Shown: positions 36,344-44,883 of the stretch, piece after piece | How the letters are laid out: the number at the start of each line of letters is the position of its first letter | Numbering within the stretch: the first letter of the stretch is position 1 | From: Chitinivibrionales bacterium | Lineage (GTDB): Bacteria; Fibrobacterota; Chitinivibrionia; Chitinivibrionales; WJKA01 | Assembly (NCBI GenBank): GCA_041641555.1 | Contig: JBEPYC010000005.1 | Location: forward strand, 1-51,260 | Direction of reading: 5' to 3' | DNA length: 51,260 nt | The notes under the pieces: model-generated | Databases searched by the model: none | Told to the model about the DNA's origin: nothing | What the model saw: the letters and a program-made list of their open reading frames with translations, nothing else | Program-made: the position numbers and the translations under genes

Positions 36344-37575
36344 GCAGTTTCCTCCTGAACCGGTGCCGGTGCAACATCAATTATGTCACTCAACGAAACG
36401 AGTTCACCATTCATTCGCAGTTTCGTGACCCCATCCACCGTGCTGATTCCCTTCACAATCCCTTCCTCGAATGCGTAAACGCCGGGATCGCCTTTGGCCT
36501 CTTCGATTTCTATGTGGTACAGTCCTCGCTCGGCAAAGGTCGCTTCGTCGGAAATCCTTCCATCCCAGTGCACCAGGGCTTCACCATTGGTTGCCTCGAC
36601 CCTGAGGGTTCTCACGGTCTGCCCGGTGCGATCCTTTATCCTCACGGTCAGCTCTTCGTTCATGCCGGCTTTCACGCGGATGTATTTCTCTTCGCCCGGC
36701 TGCGCGGCATAATAGAGCGAATCCCGACGCATACGGACCTGCTTATCCAGAAGACCAAGGATTGCCGCAGGCGAAACCTCAGAGGCTGGTTGCGAGCCAC
36801 TGCCGCTGGAAACATCCATTATGTTACCGATCGACATTTCTTTTCCGCCAACCTTGATAAGCGCGCCATTTTGACTGAACCGGACTCCACCAACGACATC
36901 CTCGACGAATGCGTAGAGCGAAGGATCCTGTTCCTGACCTGCTATCTGAATCTGGTAGGTCCCAGGTTTGGCCCGTGCCCCACCTTCCGCAGTTCCGTCC
37001 CAGGTAAGCAGTGCCGAGTTCTCGCGATCCTTTCCTTCTGCAATCAAACTCTTGACCGTATTGCCCTCGGCATCGACGATGTTCACCTGAGCGGACGAAT
37101 TATTCCCCAGGTGGACGCGAAGAGGCACGACTTCACCGTTACGACCTCCGAATTTCACCTGAGTCTCCCGCAGCCGCACCTCTTTTCCTATTAAAGAAAC
37201 CGCCGAGGAATTCGAGATCGACTGGGCACTGTATTTCTGTGCCTCGACGGTGCCCGCGAACGCATCCTTCAGTCCCTCAACTGCCGTCTGGATATTGTTT
37301 GTACCCTCTATCGCCCGCAATTGCGCGAGCTGATTGAGGAACTCTGAATTATCCATCGGATTGAGAGGGTCCTGGAGTTTGAGTTGAGAAACAAGCAGAA
37401 GCAGGAAATCGTCCTTTTTCATCTCGTTTCCCTCGGTAGTGAAAAGCCCGCCGGTCTGACTTCCGGTAGTCGAACTCGTCGATGGATCGACCGAACCGTT
37501 TTTCACCGACGCACTCGCGCTATAGGCTCCACCGTTTTTGGGGAACAAGCTTTCCACACTTGTAGAGTAAGACAT
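36340..37575 (-). CDS. flgD: flagellar hook assembly/capping protein FlgD with duplicated C-terminal Tudor/Ig-like module
   Basis: The ATG at 37575 follows GGAGGTGA. KDDFLLLLVSQLKLQDPLNPMDNSEFLNQLAQLRAIEG is the FlgD N-domain. Two C-terminal modules each contain W-D-G and G-x-Y signatures (LLTWDGTAEGGARAKPGTYQIQI and LVHWDGRISDEATFAERGLYHIEI). Confidence 0.9.
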   Translation of the reverse strand: MSYSTSVESLFPKNGGAYSASASVKNGSVDPSTSSTTGSQTGGLFTTEGNEMKKDDFLLLLVSQLKLQDPLNPMDNSEFLNQLAQLRAIEGTNNIQTAVEGLKDAFAGTVEAQKYSAQSISNSSAVSLIGKEVRLRETQVKFGGRNGEVVPLRVHLGNNSSAQVNIVDAEGNTVKSLIAEGKDRENSALLTWDGTAEGGARAKPGTYQIQIAGQEQDPSLYAFVEDVVGGVRFSQNGALIKVGGKEMSIGNIMDVSSGSGSQPASEVSPAAILGLLDKQVRMRRDSLYYAAQPGEEKYIRVKAGMNEELTVRIKDRTGQTVRTLRVEATNGEALVHWDGRISDEATFAERGLYHIEIEEAKGDPGVYAFEEGIVKGISTVDGVTKLRMNGELVSLSDIIDVAPAPVQEETA

Positions 37576-37595
37576 TCTGGTATCACCTCCCTCCA

Positions 37596-39335
37596 TTATG
37601 CAAAGTATTCTACTGAATTGGTGCCATAGCGCTTGCCGGTGTCCCGCCCAAGCCCACGCCCATTTTCTTCTCCTTCGCCATCGGACGTATCGATTGTCGA
37701 ATCATCGATATCGCCTTTTGTGTACACCACCTGGGTCGGATCGCCCTCATCCTGTTTTGATCCGTTGTTTACATTGACTTCGAAACCACCGGTACTGAGG
37801 TTATGCTGCTCCAATGCATCTTTGAGCTGCCCCAGGTTAGCTTCCACGATTTGTTTCACCTGTGCATTCTCTACATTGATTTTTGCAAACACAACTTCCT
37901 GGTGTATCTCGATTTTTAACCGGACCTCTCCCAGAGAATCAGGGTGCAATACCAGCCGCACCTCGTTCAATCCGGAACGTACCGCATGATGCATCTTCGA
38001 CGTGAGTTGATCCATGACGCTCTGCTCGACATTTTTCATCAAGAGATCCGTCACCCGATTCCCCAGCATCGACGAGAGATTCTGCATCCCGTTTTCCTTA
38101 CCAATCGCTTCCAGCACCGGCGCCAGATCCTGTTGTTCCTGAGCCGGCATCAGATCGGCAAGCGTACGCCCGAATGGAATTGACCAGTCTTTCACGAAAT
38201 CGAACTTGGCCGTGCGCTCTGCAGCTTCGATATTTCCCTGAATCACATGATCCTGTCCCTTTTCTGTATCCAGTTTCAGGATTTTTCTCATGATCTGCGC
38301 ATCGAAAACACTTGCACCGATCATTTGTTGCGATTGAGGCCTCCTGTCTACCATCACCCCCAGGGGAGCTTTGGCAGGTTCAGCTGCAGATTCCTGAGTG
38401 GTAAGCATTTTTGCAACCCGGGAAAGAAGCGTTCGAATCTCATCTTCTCTTGCCGTTATAAGCTCACCAAATGCCTGCTGCACCTGCGCTGCAGGCATCG
38501 ATTTTGTCTCAGGATTGAACGCAGTTGCCAATCCAATTTCCAGCGGAACGTTCTGCTTCCCGGCAATTCCTTCGGCAACTTCCCTGGATACACCCAGCAT
38601 CCGGAATGCTATTTCCATACGAAAGACACCGACACGAATCGCTTTTTCGGCTTCCGCTACTTCCTCACCAGACAATTCCTTGCCTGCAAGTTCGACAGCC
38701 TCACCTTCCTGCGCAGCTTGCGAAAGCAATTCGGCAATCTTGGTGAGTGCATCGACAATTTCGGAGAACTGCTCGATAATCCCGCCGTGCGGATTCTCAA
38801 TCTGCAAGCCCTCCAATCCGTTCACGATATCCAGATCCAATATCTCCGACAACACCGTCAGCGATTCTCTGATCACAAGCGAGGCCTCAACGGCTACACC
38901 GCCCTGCCCCTCAACCGACTCATCGGAAGACTGCATCGGAACAGAAATCTCCGGGCTTTCTTCTCCTCTATCCTTTGCCTCGGATTTTGGAGCCTTTTCC
39001 GCTCGTTGATTTTCTTCCGCCACTTTACGCTCGGGCTTCCGAGGTACCCGTGGTTTTGCTACAGGTCCTGTTCCCTGGTTCTCACGATTTTTGGTTGTTT
39101 CCGTGGTTTTCTCCGCATTTTGCTCCACAGCCTGATTTGCCGACTTGTTCGAATCGGCAACCTCTTTGTAGACATGGGCGAAATCTCTCTCCGGTTTTCC
39201 GCGATCGTTCGCTCCTGGGCTTCGGTCCACGATTCGATCGCCGCTTTCTGCTTTTCTACCGGAAGACAGACGACTCTTCACTTGTGCAAGTCTGCCGGAA
39301 TCTATCAGATCCACGATATTTGTTTGTTGTGCCAT
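37596..39335 (-). CDS. fliK: flagellar hook-length control protein FliK
   Basis: The ATG at 39335 follows GGAGGTGA; the ORF is open to 39377. The long N-terminal part is acidic and low in complexity. The C-terminal Flg_hook-like domain is VRLVLHPDSLGEVRLKIEIHQEVVFAKINVENAQVKQIVEANLGQLKDALEQHNL. Confidence 0.85.
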   Translation of the reverse strand: MAQQTNIVDLIDSGRLAQVKSRLSSGRKAESGDRIVDRSPGANDRGKPERDFAHVYKEVADSNKSANQAVEQNAEKTTETTKNRENQGTGPVAKPRVPRKPERKVAEENQRAEKAPKSEAKDRGEESPEISVPMQSSDESVEGQGGVAVEASLVIRESLTVLSEILDLDIVNGLEGLQIENPHGGIIEQFSEIVDALTKIAELLSQAAQEGEAVELAGKELSGEEVAEAEKAIRVGVFRMEIAFRMLGVSREVAEGIAGKQNVPLEIGLATAFNPETKSMPAAQVQQAFGELITAREDEIRTLLSRVAKMLTTQESAAEPAKAPLGVMVDRRPQSQQMIGASVFDAQIMRKILKLDTEKGQDHVIQGNIEAAERTAKFDFVKDWSIPFGRTLADLMPAQEQQDLAPVLEAIGKENGMQNLSSMLGNRVTDLLMKNVEQSVMDQLTSKMHHAVRSGLNEVRLVLHPDSLGEVRLKIEIHQEVVFAKINVENAQVKQIVEANLGQLKDALEQHNLSTGGFEVNVNNGSKQDEGDPTQVVYTKGDIDDSTIDTSDGEGEENGRGLGRDTGKRYGTNSVEYFA

Positions 39336-39380
39336 TTCCTTATCACCTCCCCTCATAGCAGTTGATTGTTCATGCATGGT

Positions 39381-39968
39381 TCAAACCCCCTTCTCTATTC
39401 TTTGACTGATCCGTCGTGCCTTGCCCTTGGATAGCGCCGACAGAATCTTGGCTTTCTGACGATTATCGGACATTGCCGAGAGCACTCGTGCTACCAGCAA
39501 ATCATCCAGTGTTTCCAGTATCTGAGCAGCTTCCTCCGCCCGCATTGCGCCGTATACTTTTGCCAGCTGCCCCACTCGTTTTCTGCTCAGCTCATCGGTT
39601 TCTTCCACCAGCTCTTCAAGCTCCGATTTTCTTTGAGTGAGTTGTTCTTTTTTTTCTTCAAGCTCCGAATCCACAATGGCCAGTTGCTCCTGCTGGTTTG
39701 AAAGACGTTCTCGTTCACGCTTGAGCTCTTCTCGCTCCTTTTTCAGAGCATTAAAGGTTTTCGAATGAACCATCGCCAATGAGTCACGTCGTTCGGACTG
39801 GCGCATGACGGCAAGTTTCATCTCTTCTGCCGGCGTCAGCTCTTTGGGCCCGATTTGTATTCGAAGATTTCCGGTGGCATAGAGCACCGCGAAATACATG
39901 ATCGGAAACGAAAGAATCATGACCAGGCCAACGGCGAGGAGATCTTTGACAGTGAGCTTCATTTTCAT
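39381..39968 (-). CDS. YlxF/FlbB/MotE-like flagellar protein (N-terminal TM, coiled coil, MgtE_N-like helical C-terminus)
   Basis: The ATG at 39968 follows AAGGGA. TM LLAVGLVMILSFPIMYFAVLY and coiled coil LKRERERLSNQQEQLAIVDSELEEKKEQL. C-terminus LAKVYGAMRAEEAAQILETLDDLLVARVLSAMSDNRQKAKIL. It sits immediately upstream of fliK, as ylxF and flbB do. Confidence 0.6.
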   Translation of the reverse strand: MKMKLTVKDLLAVGLVMILSFPIMYFAVLYATGNLRIQIGPKELTPAEEMKLAVMRQSERRDSLAMVHSKTFNALKKEREELKRERERLSNQQEQLAIVDSELEEKKEQLTQRKSELEELVEETDELSRKRVGQLAKVYGAMRAEEAAQILETLDDLLVARVLSAMSDNRQKAKILSALSKGKARRISQRIEKGV

Positions 39969-40012
39969 GGAACAATCCCTTGTGAGCGCAAAATGCAAGC
40001 AACGGAGGCGAG

Positions 40013-40028
40013 AGCAACGGATATGCCA
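40013..40028 (-). promoter_or_regulatory. sigma-54 (-24/-12) promoter at the head of the flbB-like/fliK/flgD/flgE operon
   Basis: The minus strand reads TGGCATATCCGTTGCT, i.e. TGGCAT-N5-TTGCT with GG-N10-GC spacing (consensus TGGCAC-N5-TTGCW). The predicted transcription start is near 40002, about 35 nt before the ATG at 39968. Confidence 0.7.
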
Positions 40029-40340
40029 CGCCGGTTTTTCATGATGTCCAGAATAGATATGATATTGATTTTATTTCGGTTGCAGTCACTGTTCAAGGAC
40101 GAACTTCTCGGCACCCGAACTCAGATTCATGCTGCAGATATTGCCTGGTGGCGGCACTTACTGCCCACCGGATGATCTGCCGGCTTTTCCCATTTTCCAC
40201 TAAGGGAGACGTTTTGCCAGTGATAGCGCTTTCCCATAAACGCGAAAGTTAGAATCCACTCATGTGATCACTAAGAGCAGAAAAAGCTGTCCACTCCCCC
40301 CAAAGGCTCAGAAACGGCACATGGGCGGGCGTTAGCATCA

Positions 40341-40356
40341 AGGCATGGTTGTTGCT
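40341..40356 (+). promoter_or_regulatory. second, weaker sigma-54-like element facing the activator gene
   Basis: The plus strand reads AGGCATGGTTGTTGCT, i.e. GG-N10-GC with TTGCT at -12, about 170 nt upstream of the ATG at 40527. Confidence 0.4.
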
Positions 40357-40526
40357 CACGCATAGCAGGATGCATGCTACTTATATTTTCTCATATACGG
40401 AAAACCGACACTCGAACTGAGATAGACAGATTGCTTCCCGGCAAACGGAAGTAACAATGAGGGTACAAGAAACCGCCGGAAACCCGCCTGAAGAGGTGTT
40501 TTCGGCAAACACATGGGAAGTTGCCG

Positions 40527-41858
40527 ATGAATTCCAGAAAACCGAGCGTTCTTATTGTTGAAGACGACGAAGCAGCATTGTTTGGCTATGAGCGTTTTCT
40601 TTCCAAGTCCGGATTCCACATCCGGGCGGCATCAAATCTCGCCGAAGCGAGAAATGTTCTTCAGGGAGAACGCTTTCAGGCCATGCTGCTGGACCTCAAG
40701 CTTCCTGACGGGAACTCAATAGACTGGATACCGGATATCAAAGCAACCCGTCCCGAGCTTCCGATTATCGTGATCACGGGTACCAGCGACATCCCAACGG
40801 CGGTAAAGGCGATGAAAAACGGGGCGGAGAATTTCCTGACCAAGCCGCTGGAGATGGATCATGTTCGAAATACACTGGAAAAGGCAGTCGTCGTAGACAC
40901 GCTCCGTCGTCGCGACATAGCGCATCAGCGCCAGGAAGAAAAAAACCAGCCCTATTTTGGAACAAGCAACGCCATTACTCAGGTTCTTGAATTTGCACGC
41001 GTCGCAGCAGTTAACGACACCGTAGTTTTGCTTCAGGGGGAAACCGGTACAGGAAAGGGCGTTCTCTCCCGATGGATTCACGAGGGAAGCCAGCGCTCAA
41101 ACGAACCATTCGTAAATCTAAACTGCTCCAGTCTCAAAGGCGACCTGCTTCGAAGTGAGCTTTTCGGCCACACAAAAGGAGCGTTTACATCAGCGATCAA
41201 GGACCGTGAAGGGCTCGTGGAGGTAGCCGATGGCGGCACCCTGTTCCTCGATGAAATAGGGGACATGGATATTGATGTGCAGGCTCAGCTTTTGACTGCT
41301 ATCGAAGAGCGCTCATTCAGACGTGTCGGAGAAAACAAAGTGCGGAAGAGCGACTTTCGGCTGATCTGCGCCACAAACCGAAATCTGGCGAAAGCAACAG
41401 AAGAAGGTACTTTTCGAAGAGACCTGTATTACAGAATATGTGTTTTTCCTATTCATTTGCCTGCCCTGCGCGATTGCACCGAAGATGTTACGGGATTTGC
41501 CGAGTACTTTCTTCGTTCGTTCGGATATCCTCACCTGCCTCTTTCCAGCGACGTCCTTCGCGTTTTGAAAGGCTATTCCTGGCCTGGAAATGTCCGCGAA
41601 TTGAGAAATATGCTGGAGCGGGCGATTCTTCTCTCAGGAGGCCTCCCTCTTACACCGGCGCACTTTCCCGGCCTGGAGATTCAGGCCCCGGTCAGCGTGA
41701 GTAAGTCCGACAGCATGAGCCTTTACGAGATGGAGCGTCAGCATATTCAACAGGTGCTCGGCGAGTATGGGGGAGACAAGAACAAGGCATGCAAAGCATT
41801 GGGCATTTCCTTATCCGCTCTCTATCGCCGGTTGGAAAAGTTCGAGAAAGTGGCCTGA
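40527..41858 (+). CDS. sigma-54-dependent response regulator (REC + AAA+ + Fis-type HTH; NtrC family, FlgR/FleR/FlrC-like by context)
   Basis: [16 protein letters not shown]...LLDLKLPDG (receiver with phospho-acceptor Asp), GETGTGKG (Walker A), GAFTSA (GAFTGA-loop variant), LFLDEIG (Walker B) and [22 protein letters not shown] (HTH). The ORF track starts at the TTG at 40521. Confidence 0.92.
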   Translation: MNSRKPSVLIVEDDEAALFGYERFLSKSGFHIRAASNLAEARNVLQGERFQAMLLDLKLPDGNSIDWIPDIKATRPELPIIVITGTSDIPTAVKAMKNGAENFLTKPLEMDHVRNTLEKAVVVDTLRRRDIAHQRQEEKNQPYFGTSNAITQVLEFARVAAVNDTVVLLQGETGTGKGVLSRWIHEGSQRSNEPFVNLNCSSLKGDLLRSELFGHTKGAFTSAIKDREGLVEVADGGTLFLDEIGDMDIDVQAQLLTAIEERSFRRVGENKVRKSDFRLICATNRNLAKATEEGTFRRDLYYRICVFPIHLPALRDCTEDVTGFAEYFLRSFGYPHLPLSSDVLRVLKGYSWPGNVRELRNMLERAILLSGGLPLTPAHFPGLEIQAPVSVSKSDSMSLYEMERQHIQQVLGEYGGDKNKACKALGISLSALYRRLEKFEKVA

Positions 41859-41873
41859 TAATGGAACCCGGTT

Positions 41874-41903
41874 ATCTCCGCCTGGAATAAGCCTGGCGGA
41901 GAT
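41874..41903 (+). terminator. strong hairpin after the activator gene (possible terminator, weak U tract)
   Basis: ATCTCCGCC-T-GG, loop AATAAG, then CC-T-GGCGGAGAT, followed by CTTCTCGT. Confidence 0.45.
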
Positions 41904-42036
41904 CTTCTCGTATAGCCGGCACTGTGCTTCCTCCATGCCAAGGCCTTTCGCCCATCTCTCCGGACAAAAACGGCTCCAAACTCACCGGCTTTTTATGCGC
42001 AAGGCGCCTCGAAAAGGAAACAACACTTATCTACAG

Positions 42037-42051
42037 TGGCACGTTTTTTGA
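42037..42051 (+). promoter_or_regulatory. sigma-54-like element with imperfect -12 upstream of the PRC-barrel operon
   Basis: TGGCAC-GTTTT-TTGA has a perfect -24 box and correct spacing, but -12 reads GA instead of GC. A perfect TATAAT hexamer lies at 42058..42063 as an alternative. Confidence 0.3.
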
Positions 42052-42150
42052 TGCTCTTATAATCAAATTGATCGCTTGATACTTCCTGCGTGCTCGCACA
42101 TAACCATGTACCATGACGCGGTGGGAACAGCATTTCACAACGAGGACACC

Positions 42151-43002
42151 ATGACGGGTACCAAACGTTGTTTACCATTTCTTGAAATTCATGGCAAACC
42201 GCTTATTTCCTGCAATGGCCCGGCTGGTATTGTAGATGATTTTCTTTTCGACGATACCGTTTGGAGCGTGCGTTTCGTTGTCGTGACACTTGGCCCCGGC
42301 ACTGATTCTCAGGTTCTTCTCCCCCGGGAAGCAATTGGCTTTTTCGAATCTGCCGGACTTTCAACCCATTGGACGAAAGCGCAGATCGAGAATGCCCCAG
42401 CTGCAGAAAGTATCGACCCTGTAGGTAAATCCGAACAACGCTCATTCTCTTCCACCTATCGACCGTTGCCCTTTGGTGCAAGTACATACTTTTCTTCCAG
42501 TCCAGTTTACCAGGATCTTTACAATGAACCGTACTACAACACAGTTCCTTCCCTCATGCGGCAGGCGGCTGTAAAGCCCCAAGCCCTTCGCGACCCTCAC
42601 CTTCGAAGCTGTAATGAAATCAAAGGTTATCGATTGAGCGCACCCGATAGCGCCATTGGTTATATAGACGACTTTCTGCTTTCGCCGGATGCAGGCGCGA
42701 TTACCGGGATTATTGTAGACGCCCAGCAGATACTTAAAGACAAGAAAGTCCTCATGGGCTCGGCGTGGATATCGCGACTAGTCTGGGCAACCAGGAGCGC
42801 TCACGTTCCGCTTCCGAAAAGCACTATAGTAAGCAGCCCGGTGTGCGAAATCCGTGACATCGACGCCCCATTCGACGATATACGCTTTGAGAGTTTCCCG
42901 TCTGGTGCAAACCGCGAAAAAGGGGTTGTAATTGGCCATGTCCACAGAGCACGAGACTACAAAGAAAAATCTCGACGCAAATACTCAAGGAGTGCACGAT
43001 GA
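42151..43002 (+). CDS. protein with two PRC-barrel-like domains
   Basis: The ATG at 42151 follows GAGGA. The two domain signatures are GPAGIVDDFLFDDTVWSVRFVVV and SAIGYIDDFLLSPDAGAITGIIVD, joined by a low-complexity Y/S/P linker. Confidence 0.65.
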   Translation: MTGTKRCLPFLEIHGKPLISCNGPAGIVDDFLFDDTVWSVRFVVVTLGPGTDSQVLLPREAIGFFESAGLSTHWTKAQIENAPAAESIDPVGKSEQRSFSSTYRPLPFGASTYFSSSPVYQDLYNEPYYNTVPSLMRQAAVKPQALRDPHLRSCNEIKGYRLSAPDSAIGYIDDFLLSPDAGAITGIIVDAQQILKDKKVLMGSAWISRLVWATRSAHVPLPKSTIVSSPVCEIRDIDAPFDDIRFESFPSGANREKGVVIGHVHRARDYKEKSRRKYSRSAR

Positions 43003-43445
43003 TGTCCGAAGCTCAAATGGGAGACAAAGTCCATGTACAGTACCGTGCTACATTTGCACGAAAGGAATTTTCCCGGAAACAGCCCGCGAAAGAGATCGAG
43101 TTTACTGTTGGCGAGCACCAGGTCATTCCCGGCCTGGAGAACGCAGTTGTGGGCATGAAAGAAGGAGAAACGAAGGAGATCACTATTCCTGCCAAATATG
43201 CCTATGGGCAACGTCGCAGCGAACTGGTCATTACCCTGCGAAAATCTCAGCTGCCCTCCGACGTTTCTCCGGCGGTAGGAAAGACCCTGGACCTCAAAAT
43301 ACCCGGTGGAGAGCGCAAACACGTTCAGGTAGTATCTTCCAGCGATCACACGGTTACTCTGGATGCCAATCATCCTCTGGCAGGCAAAAGCCTTAAATTC
43401 AACCTCGAAGTACTCAGAGTCAAATCACAAGGAGGTATGGCATGA
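42999..43445 (+). CDS. FKBP-type peptidyl-prolyl cis-trans isomerase (SlyD/FkpB-like with insert-in-flap domain)
   Basis: GDKVHVQYRATF, FTVGEHQVIPGLENAVVGMKEGE and LDANHPLAGKSLKFNLEVL. ATGA overlap with the upstream gene. Confidence 0.88.
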   Translation: MMSEAQMGDKVHVQYRATFARKEFSRKQPAKEIEFTVGEHQVIPGLENAVVGMKEGETKEITIPAKYAYGQRRSELVITLRKSQLPSDVSPAVGKTLDLKIPGGERKHVQVVSSSDHTVTLDANHPLAGKSLKFNLEVLRVKSQGGMA

Positions 43446-43876
43446 AGCACGTATTGGTGCCTATTGATTTTTCCAAGATATCCACCCAACTTGTCGAGCG
43501 CGCCGGAGAGCTTGCGAAGGCCGATGGTTCAAAAGTGACCATAATCCATGTAGTCGAATCCGACACCGAGCCGGCTTCGTATGAAGCAGGACCGCAGAGT
43601 GTCAGAGATCGTCGCTCGATGGAATTTCACGAAACACACCAGCGCCTGCAGGAGTATTCCGAACACCTCAAACAATCTGGAGTTGAAACCACTGCGCTTC
43701 TGGTCGAAGGGGACATTGCCCAACAGATTCTTGAGCATGCAAAGAAGTTTCAATCCGAGGTTATCGTTCTGGGGCGTCATGGTCACAGCGGTCTTCTCAG
43801 TAAGCTGCTCGGAACCGTGAGTGAAACGGTTCTCCATAAATCACCATGCCCCGTGCTGCTCGTTCCGGTCACCTGA
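43442..43876 (+). CDS. universal stress protein (UspA family)
   Basis: MKHVLVPIDFS, VIVLGRHGHSGLLSKLLGTVSETVLHKSPCPVLLV. ATGA overlap with the FKBP gene. Confidence 0.9.
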   Translation: MKHVLVPIDFSKISTQLVERAGELAKADGSKVTIIHVVESDTEPASYEAGPQSVRDRRSMEFHETHQRLQEYSEHLKQSGVETTALLVEGDIAQQILEHAKKFQSEVIVLGRHGHSGLLSKLLGTVSETVLHKSPCPVLLVPVT

Positions 43877-44350
43877 GGCGGGTCTGATTTTTTCAGAGGA
43901 AGAATCGTGACTGGAAGCCTGGAAAAAGCTGATGGCTCTACCGTAAGCCTGGTCAAGTTCCTCGAATTGCGGTCGTCTTCCACGCATTGCGTTGAGCTGT
44001 TCGAAAAGATTTGACAGCTCGACCGCCGGGCCTCCGGCACCTTTTCCTTCTATTACTTCCCGGGGCAAAACATCGCGAACGGTTGTATCGTAGCGTTCCC
44101 TGGCATATACTGTCAATGCCGTACGCAAACGTTTGTAATAGGACTGGGTATGGTTTCCCCTGGCACCTTTGTGTCGCTCTTTGAACTGTTGGTGATAGCT
44201 CTCGAGTTCCCGAAGAGCCTTTTCTTCGGGAGAAAGGGTTCCGGCAGGCGGAAGCTTGGGGCGGGAGATGATTACTGCGATAATGAGTGCCGCACCAATA
44301 AACACGATCGACACGATTATCGCTGTAACGTAGATGAATGTATTCTCCAT
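43841..44350 (-). CDS. hypothetical single-pass membrane protein (possibly DUF4381-like)
   Basis: N-terminal TM FIYVTAIIVSIVFIGAALIIAVIIS followed by a helical charged domain. The family assignment is only from memory of the general pattern. Confidence 0.5.
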   Translation of the reverse strand: MENTFIYVTAIIVSIVFIGAALIIAVIISRPKLPPAGTLSPEEKALRELESYHQQFKERHKGARGNHTQSYYKRLRTALTVYARERYDTTVRDVLPREVIEGKGAGGPAVELSNLFEQLNAMRGRRPQFEELDQAYGRAISFFQASSHDSSSEKIRPASGDRNEQHGAW

Positions 44351-44397
44351 TTATTTCCTTGTCTACATTCGTTACGTTTCCTGAACCCTGCAATTTC

Positions 44398-44769
44398 TCA
44401 GTCACCACCTCCGTAACGATTGATAATCTCCTCGGAGTTGTTATCATGCCCCAACAGTTCCTGAGCTTCTTCATCAATCCAATGGGTCTCGCGTACATTC
44501 TCAGAATAGCTGATAAATCCGTGAGAGGCGTTTCCCGCGATCTCCTCAGACGTACCGTCGGTAAGCCGAACGCATGCTTCTACAATGCGTCGAAGATCCT
44601 GATCCTCGAGCCCGCTCACTCTGACAGGCGATGACAAATCGTAGTCGAACTTCTTGCTGCGGTTTTTCTGGCGTGATGTTATCATCTCCACTCCTTTCTC
44701 ATCCAAACCCTGGGGCAGTCGTTTCGACTTCTCCTGGTTCTGGACATTCATGTCGACCCACGTATGCAC
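44398..44769 (-). CDS. hypothetical protein
   Basis: ORF of 123 aa on the same strand as the ferredoxin gene and downstream of it. No motif recognised. The start is uncertain (44769 or 44751). Confidence 0.4.
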   Translation of the reverse strand: MHTWVDMNVQNQEKSKRLPQGLDEKGVEMITSRQKNRSKKFDYDLSSPVRVSGLEDQDLRRIVEACVRLTDGTSEEIAGNASHGFISYSENVRETHWIDEEAQELLGHDNNSEEIINRYGGGD

Positions 44770-44883
44770 GAGTTATCCCCCGTAGCGAGGCGTCTGCCTG
44801 GTGCTTTTCTCAAGAAATCAGTGCATACATGGGCTGGAATACAATTGGTTGCGCCTGTTGCACGTGCAGCCGGCACACACAGA

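Noticed and set aside
38247-39365. A 372-aa ORF antisense to fliK. Similar long antisense ORFs occur at 14309..15409, 25212..25940, 32233..33063, 20662..21330 and 46955..47773.
   Set aside because: Each lies opposite a gene with clear family-level motifs. Their translations are Cys/Arg/Ser/Phe-rich and low in complexity, with no motifs and no SD or promoter. They look like typical mirror ORFs caused by codon bias of the real gene.
40377-40619. An 80-aa minus-strand ORF in the sigma-54 regulatory region overlapping the activator gene start.
   Set aside because: No SD and no motifs. It overlaps the well-supported response-regulator start and the candidate promoter, so it is likely spurious.
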